This document shows positions 14,750 through 20,000 of a stretch of 20,000 nt of DNA, one piece after another; within the stretch, counting starts at the first letter, position 1; each line of letters begins with the position of its first letter. Below the pieces are notes generated by a model. That model was not told the origin of the DNA. It saw nothing but the letters and a program-made list of their open reading frames with translations, and did no database searches. The stretch comes from an uncultured virus (IMG/VR IMGVR_UViG_3300025009_000076). Lineage: Duplodnaviria > Heunggongvirae > Uroviricota > Caudoviricetes. The stretch spans positions 58,298 to 78,297 of the IMG/VR virus record IMGVR_UViG_3300025009_000076, one strand, 5' to 3'. The position numbers and the translations under genes are program-made.

Positions 14750-14814
14750 AAGGTATTGAGATAATGAGTGGCGAATTATGTATTTGGATTATTTAACTAC
14801 AAAGGAGTCAAATA

Positions 14815-15012
14815 ATGCATTGGAAATCCGGCATAACATCATGGAAAGATCCTTATACTAATGAATTTGTCACTCGAAAAGAATATGGAAAACTATCTAA
14901 AAGAGCGTCAGTTAATGGATTCTCTGCTCCTGAATATTTAATCTCTAAGGGTTATTTTAAAGATAGGTATCATTATTATAGACTTAAAGATAAAATTTTT
15001 TTAGATAGGTAA
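14815..15012 (+). CDS. basic hypothetical protein, 65 aa
   Basis: ORF with SD AAAGGAG. Confidence 0.75.
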   Translation: MHWKSGITSWKDPYTNEFVTRKEYGKLSKRASVNGFSAPEYLISKGYFKDRYHYYRLKDKIFLDR

Positions 15013-15032
15013 AATTGAAAGGAATGATTAAA

Positions 15033-15452
15033 ATGTCAAGACAATTAGTTATTATTGAAAATGAAGGAAGACCAGACATAGTGAATGATGCTAAAAATAT
15101 AGTAATTTGCACAAACAATACTAAGGATGGTAAGTTTAAGAGATATACTATTTATATTGATGAAAATGGTGTGGCTCAATTAGAATGTTTAGGCAATTAC
15201 GAACAAGACGAAGAAGAAGATAATGAGTATCGTGAAGAATTTTCTAAACAACATAAAGACGTAACATTTTACGTTGTTAATTATAAATTAAAGCAATTTA
15301 TAGAATCAAAAGGTTTATTTCCAATAATAGATGATAAATCCGAAGATGATGGTACTTGTCATAATCTTAGAACTGAAAACTGTTTTTGGAGATATATTAA
15401 GAATCAAGAATTAGATATTGTAATAAATGAGTGGAAGTCATTATATTATTAA
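15033..15452 (+). CDS. hypothetical protein, 139 aa
   Basis: Start moved to ATG 15033 after GAAAGGA. Confidence 0.85.
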   Translation: MSRQLVIIENEGRPDIVNDAKNIVICTNNTKDGKFKRYTIYIDENGVAQLECLGNYEQDEEEDNEYREEFSKQHKDVTFYVVNYKLKQFIESKGLFPIIDDKSEDDGTCHNLRTENCFWRYIKNQELDIVINEWKSLYY

Positions 15453-15538
15453 ATAAAATGAGTTAAAATAACAAAGGGATATAATCCTTGGAACCATGCA
15501 ACTTATCCTATTATTAAATTAAAAGGAGTGTTTATAAA

Positions 15539-15820
15539 ATGAAAGCAGATGATTATTGCGGAGCTAAAAATTGTAAGTGCAGAGCAGATGAATATGATAT
15601 TGATTATTATGATCGTGTTAGAAAAACAGAAACCAATATTCCTATATACAACATTAGTGTTATGGAATGGAATTCAATGTCTTCCGAACAGCAAGAGGAG
15701 TACATAATAACCAATGACATAGAAGTAGAATATTCTACTGATATCTCTGATACTTTATCAAGAGGTTTCGGACATTTGGATCAATGGGGATTCTGGGAAT
15801 ATCAATGTAAACGTATTTAA
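15539..15820 (+). CDS. hypothetical protein, 93 aa
   Basis: SD AAAGGAGTG; C-terminal GFGHLDQWGFWEYQC. Confidence 0.85.
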   Translation: MKADDYCGAKNCKCRADEYDIDYYDRVRKTETNIPIYNISVMEWNSMSSEQQEEYIITNDIEVEYSTDISDTLSRGFGHLDQWGFWEYQCKRI

Positions 15821-15841
15821 TAATTATTGGGAGGCGCATCT

Positions 15842-16021
15842 ATGGCACGAGGTGGAATAAGAGAATTAATGTATAAATCCCCAGAAGAACAAAAGGCAGA
15901 AGATGAATATATTCAGAAATATCTTAAAGATGATTGGTTTTATCAATACTTTCCTTTTATTGTAGGTGTGGTGGGAATTGGATTTATATTGCTTATGGCA
16001 TATCTAAAAAGAAATTTTTAA
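15842..16021 (+). CDS. small membrane protein, 59 aa
   Basis: Start ATG 15842 after GGAGG; C-terminal hydrophobic helix FPFIVGVVGIGFILLMAYL. Confidence 0.75.
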   Translation: MARGGIRELMYKSPEEQKAEDEYIQKYLKDDWFYQYFPFIVGVVGIGFILLMAYLKRNF

Positions 16022-16071
16022 ATTAAAATGACGATTTCATACCTATTTTGTAGTGAAAGGATGATGTTAAA

Positions 16072-16398
16072 ATGGCAAAATGGAATTATAAACTCGAAGA
16101 AGAAGGATTGAAATTACGAGAATTAACATTTGCGTCAAAAGAAGCAGAAACAATTGAACAAATTGAGGTATGTTGTAGATCATTATTGAAACAATTAACC
16201 AATAAAGATAAGGAGTATCATGAAGAGAAAATTGAAGACTTATTAAACTTAATTGCAGGAGAAGCAGATATTATTAGAAATAATCCAGATGAAATTACTA
16301 AGGAATGGGATTTTAAAGATATAGAGGAATTAGTTAATTCGAGACTATCTGAATTCTATGATATTTGTGACGATTGTAGATGTTGGGTGCAAATGTAG
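16072..16398 (+). CDS. acidic hypothetical protein, 108 aa
   Basis: ORF with SD GAAAGGA. Confidence 0.85.
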   Translation: MAKWNYKLEEEGLKLRELTFASKEAETIEQIEVCCRSLLKQLTNKDKEYHEEKIEDLLNLIAGEADIIRNNPDEITKEWDFKDIEELVNSRLSEFYDICDDCRCWVQM

Positions 16399-16444
16399 TT
16401 TAAATCAAAGATAGATTTTGAGGGAAATAAAGGAGGATTAACTT

Positions 16445-16612
16445 ATGGATAAGAAAGATGTTGTGAATGCTTTTATAAACCGAATGTTTTCAAAAGGTAA
16501 TCTCGACCTAGATGAATTTGTATGTGTGAATGATTTTGGATTTAGAGTTAAATGTGATGGATCAGTATCTTGTGAAGACTGTTGGAATAAAATTGTTGAA
16601 GATTGGAAATAA
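16445..16612 (+). CDS. small Cys-containing protein, 55 aa (below the ORF-track cutoff)
   Basis: SD AAAGGAGG; MDKKDVVNAFINRMF...C...C....CEDCWNKIVEDWK. Confidence 0.8.
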   Translation: MDKKDVVNAFINRMFSKGNLDLDEFVCVNDFGFRVKCDGSVSCEDCWNKIVEDWK

Positions 16613-16636
16613 CATCAAACAGGAATTTGATGTTAT
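16609..16636 (+). repeat. perfect 11-bp inverted repeat with a 6-nt spacer
   Basis: ATAACATCAAA-CAGGAA-TTTGATGTTAT. Confidence 0.8.
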
Positions 16637-16661
16637 AAAATATGAGGAGGGAATTTAAATT

Positions 16662-17039
16662 ATGGCAAAAGAATGTCCATTTAAAACAATAACATCTATG
16701 GATTACACTAAAGACAGTGGCGGTAGTAAAAATGGTGAATATACTAAAATGTATTTTAGTTCTTGTATAGAAGAAGAATGTATGGCATGGAATTCTAAAG
16801 ACGGAACTTGTAAAAGACTAGAACCGAATTATATTGTTGTCAACACCAAGGAAATTGAAAACTCCATAATTAAAGAAGAGTTACCTGAAGATAATATGTT
16901 AGTAAACCCTCCATGTGGAGCAGAAACATGTAATGGATGTTCCGATTACAATAGTGGTGATGAAGACGAACTTCCTTGTCCTGATTGGTGTAAAAAAGAA
17001 ATTGAATTTAGAAAAGTAAATAGAATTCGTAGGAATTAA
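16662..17039 (+). CDS. Cys-rich hypothetical protein, 125 aa
   Basis: SD GAGGAGG; CPF...CIEEECMAW...C plus a second Cys cluster. Confidence 0.85.
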   Translation: MAKECPFKTITSMDYTKDSGGSKNGEYTKMYFSSCIEEECMAWNSKDGTCKRLEPNYIVVNTKEIENSIIKEELPEDNMLVNPPCGAETCNGCSDYNSGDEDELPCPDWCKKEIEFRKVNRIRRN

Positions 17040-17091
17040 TATTTTAAAGCAGGGAATTCAAGCGACAAATTAAGGAAAGAGGTGATTTATA

Positions 17092-17499
17092 ATGAGCAAC
17101 AATTACTATTTTAAAGTTAAAAACATTGATCAAATTGTAAAACAATTCAAAGCCTTGAGTCCAATTATTACACAAGAGATGGTTGATAAAGTTATAAAAC
17201 AATTAGGAGAAATTCACATATCTCAAACAAATGGACATTGGAAACCACTATTTGAGTCTCAAGAACACTTTAAGAGTATGAAAGCATTAGAGAGATTTTA
17301 TAAAACATATGAAGATCAATTAACTATTGTGAGTGAAGACGGCATTGAATTTACTTGGAAAGAATTTAAAGAGTATATGGTTTCAGACAATGATATTAGT
17401 AAAAGTCGTAAGGAAATGCACGATGAGTATGTAGACTTAACTAATAAGTTTTATATTGATGATGACGGATTTGAATGGTTGATTGGTGAGTTTTGCTAA
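17092..17499 (+). CDS. hypothetical protein, 135 aa
   Basis: ORF with SD AAAGAGGTGA. Confidence 0.85.
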   Translation: MSNNYYFKVKNIDQIVKQFKALSPIITQEMVDKVIKQLGEIHISQTNGHWKPLFESQEHFKSMKALERFYKTYEDQLTIVSEDGIEFTWKEFKEYMVSDNDISKSRKEMHDEYVDLTNKFYIDDDGFEWLIGEFC

Positions 17500-17599
17500 T
17501 TATCAAAAACTAAAACTGTTGCAGGAATAAGGATATAGGGGTTGCTATATCCTTCGAAAGACTCATTTTAAACGATGAAAATGAAAGAAGGTATTTATT

Positions 17600-17899
17600 A
17601 TGAAAAAATATACAAATGATGAATTAAAGCAACTTATAGGCAATATTAACGAAGAAATAATACAGAAAAAGAATGAATTAAGTTTATTACATGACAATGT
17701 AAAACTATATAAAAACTTATGCAATCATAGTGATTTAACTATTAATGATTGGGGATCTGCTGATTGTAAAATATGTGGGAAACATCTTAGTTGGTATTGC
17801 CCTACTTCCCCAACTTTAGAATGCAATTATGAACAAGAAGATGGAAGTTATAACGAAGATTCTTGCAGATATTGCGGAGATCCAGAAGAAAGGAAGTAA
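17600..17899 (+). CDS. coiled-coil plus Zn-finger hypothetical protein, 99 aa
   Basis: SD AAGAAGGT; CNH...CKICG...WYCP...C...CRYCG. Confidence 0.85.
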   Translation: MKKYTNDELKQLIGNINEEIIQKKNELSLLHDNVKLYKNLCNHSDLTINDWGSADCKICGKHLSWYCPTSPTLECNYEQEDGSYNEDSCRYCGDPEERK

Positions 17900-17904
17900 T
17901 AAAA

Positions 17905-18246
17905 ATGTCTAAATGTTTAAGATGTGGTCATTGTTGTAAAGGTTATCTATGCTTTGTGCCAAAACACAAAATCAGTAACTTATCTCCTGATTTTCTAGAA
18001 ACTTTAAATGAAGATAATTTAGATGATTATATCAATGAAAATATTGAAGAACAAGGTTCTATTTGTAAATGGTTAATTGTAGATGAGCAAGGGCTACATA
18101 GTTGTTCTGCTTATGAAAGAAGATCAAGTATGTGTAGGGATTATAATTCTTTGATTGGAGTATGTCGTATTGGTCAGGCATATTGGAAAGATAAAAATGA
18201 TATTCCTGAAGAAATCAAAAGTATATTAGGAGGTAAATCAAAATGA
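17905..18246 (+). CDS. YkgJ-family CxxCxxCC (putative Zn/Fe-S chelating) protein, 113 aa
   Basis: CLRCGHCC...CKWL......CSAYERRSSMCRDY matches the CxxCxxCC...C..L...C.IY..RP..CR.Y signature; start moved to ATG 17905. Confidence 0.8.
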   Translation: MSKCLRCGHCCKGYLCFVPKHKISNLSPDFLETLNEDNLDDYINENIEEQGSICKWLIVDEQGLHSCSAYERRSSMCRDYNSLIGVCRIGQAYWKDKNDIPEEIKSILGGKSK

Positions 18247-18521
18247 GAAGCGTTGTAGATATTGTGGAAACCAGAAACAAATTGAAGGACTCAGTTGATA
18301 AAATCAATATAAGATTGAAAGAAATTGAAAATGGAAGAAAATTTCCTGAGTTAAACCAAAAAGAACAAGATTTAGTAGGAAAACTTTTTAATTTGATGTG
18401 CCACTATAAAGACCAAGCAACTGCATTGAGTTTTGTTTTAAACGAAGATAATAAAATTAATGATTATAAGTGGCATCCTATTTTTAAAGAATTTGAAGAA
18501 TTTTTAGTAAAATTAAATTAA
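18243..18521 (+). CDS. hypothetical protein, 92 aa
   Basis: SD AGGAGGT; ATGA overlap with the upstream stop. Confidence 0.8.
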   Translation: MRSVVDIVETRNKLKDSVDKINIRLKEIENGRKFPELNQKEQDLVGKLFNLMCHYKDQATALSFVLNEDNKINDYKWHPIFKEFEEFLVKLN

Positions 18522-18573
18522 TACTATAAGTTACTTATTTTATATTACTATAAATTTAAAAGGAAGTGTATAA

Positions 18574-20000
18574 ATGAATAATCTTGAAATTTTAGATAAA
18601 TGGGCTAAATATACAGATTATGATCCAGAACAAAAATCTTTCAATCTTCTTAATTATACTTATGAACTTCATGATATTAATAAAAGAATTGAACGCATCA
18701 TAAAAATATATGATAAAACTGGTGGATTAGCAGTTATACAAGCAAAAATCATGTTTAAAAGAATATTGAAAAAAGCATCATACAATGCTTTTGAATATAT
18801 GAAAAATCCAAATATGGTAAATGAAGATAAAGAAATTTGGGATATATTTCATTGTAAAGAAGTTATTAGTATAGAAAATTCATATATTGATGCTATTAAC
18901 AAATTGTCGGAAGAGATAATTGGAAAATATCTTATTGGTGAAAGAAACAATGAGGAAATATTAGAAGATTTATTTGAAGCAATTGATACAGTTATGGAAT
19001 CATTGGAGAAATGCAATGTGAATTTATTTATTAAGAACGGTCAAATATTACCCATAAACAAAATTTCTACGCATATTCATTTATTTGAAACATTGGCAGA
19101 ATGCTTGATTGCACTAGAAACCACCAATGATGGTTTGTATTTATGTTATATTAATTGTGGAGGTACGGCAGACGGTTATTTTGGATTTTTCTTAAAGAAT
19201 AATGGAAATTTACTCTCTATAAGTGAGAGGATTGATGAGGCCTATTCTGGACAACACAGTCATTGTAGAAATGCTAGATGGGCAGAAAATAAGAAATATG
19301 ACTTATTTCCTTACGATTATATCTTCAATTATACTGAGCATGACTATAAAGGATGTGCTACAAAGCATTTAATTGATAATGAGAAACTTGCCTTCTTTGA
19401 GTTAGGAGCAAAAGCATACTTGCCTATTATAGTTGCTATGCTTATGATAGATAAACAGTATGTTGGTCAAATACTTGATATGGATATTAATTATGTAGAT
19501 TCGTTATTACCTAGTAATATCAAAATGATTACTGAATCGTCAAATAATGAACTTATAGTAATGGAAAGTAGCAGTCTTGTTTTATCACATAAGTCACTTG
19601 ATTTATCATTTGATTTAGAAAAGATAATCAATGGCGACTATGCAAAAGAGTTTAATTACGATAGTAGTAAAAACTACAAAGAAACAGGTTGTTTCACAAA
19701 CAGCAACCAATTGTTTGTAGATTTATGGGCAGAAGGGTTCTCGTATGATCCTTTTAAAATTTATGAAACTAGTTCTCTTTTAAAGATAACTGATGGCAAT
19801 TCAACCTTAAGTAATACCCCACCGGAATTTGTTGGTTCAAAAAATAGAATACGTTTGCAAGGATATTATGAAATAAGGAAACAACTTGCGGATTACATCC
19901 GAGATAAAATTCATGATGAATGGGTTACTTATGGAAAAACATCAGCGATTAAAAATTGGTATATTAATTGTATTCAAAACAATTTGGCTAAAATTGAGGA
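18574..20000 (+). CDS. large hypothetical protein, at least 475 aa, 3'-truncated (absent from the ORF track)
   Basis: SD AAAGGAAGTG, ATG 18574 (MNNLEILDKWAKYTDYDPEQ...); frame open to the window end; no family recognised. Confidence 0.85.
   Translation, partial: MNNLEILDKWAKYTDYDPEQKSFNLLNYTYELHDINKRIERIIKIYDKTGGLAVIQAKIMFKRILKKASYNAFEYMKNPNMVNEDKEIWDIFHCKEVISIENSYIDAINKLSEEIIGKYLIGERNNEEILEDLFEAIDTVMESLEKCNVNLFIKNGQILPINKISTHIHLFETLAECLIALETTNDGLYLCYINCGGTADGYFGFFLKNNGNLLSISERIDEAYSGQHSHCRNARWAENKKYDLFPYDYIFNYTEHDYKGCATKHLIDNEKLAFFELGAKAYLPIIVAMLMIDKQYVGQILDMDINYVDSLLPSNIKMITESSNNELIVMESSSLVLSHKSLDLSFDLEKIINGDYAKEFNYDSSKNYKETGCFTNSNQLFVDLWAEGFSYDPFKIYETSSLLKITDGNSTLSNTPPEFVGSKNRIRLQGYYEIRKQLADYIRDKIHDEWVTYGKTSAIKNWYINCIQNNLAKIE

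Noticed and set aside
17487..17565. Hammerhead ribozyme
   Set aside because: A stem-II-GAAA-like part is present but the CUGANGA core is missing.
2091..17904. Longer upstream starts given in the ORF track (2091, 2296, 3495, 3906, 4933, 6125, 8724, 8971, 9584, 10728, 11215, 15015, 15827, 17863)
   Set aside because: In each case the extension lies upstream of, runs through or abuts the obvious SD; the downstream ATG has proper SD spacing.
1..20000. CRISPR array, tRNA, rRNA, IS/transposase or integrase
   Set aside because: No regularly spaced direct repeats, cloverleaf, rRNA-like sequence or recombinase/transposase motifs were seen by eye.

Overview
Very AT-rich window with about 55 tightly packed, co-directional (+ strand) ORFs. 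Most are short and carry strong Bacillota-type Shine-Dalgarno (SD) sites (AAAGGAGG / GAAAGGA / AAGAAGG). They are punctuated by sigmaA-type promoters and hairpins. The layout fits the early/accessory (host-takeover) region of a large phage or prophage of a low-GC Gram-positive host, although no structural or replication hallmark gene is in view, so this is inferred. Few proteins are recognisable: the C-terminus of a probable SNF2-like helicase, an ArdC-like ssDNA-binding-domain protein, a zinc-binding HNH endonuclease, a YkgJ-type CxxCxxCC protein and several SH3/KOW-like mini-proteins. The most interesting signal is non-coding. (1) A canonical-looking pistol self-cleaving ribozyme at 6076-6150. 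(2) About 10 intergenic, G-U-rich RNA stem-loops with mostly unrelated stem sequences that present AUAACA(G) in a loop or bulge. (3) A roughly 360-nt multi-helix, probably pseudoknotted RNA directly downstream of the HNH gene, carrying the same motif at helix junctions. (4) An AAA-N6-TTT motif recurring just after stop codons at many gene junctions. (5) C-rich/G-poor patches following hairpins. All structures were folded by eye; no computation or database search was run.
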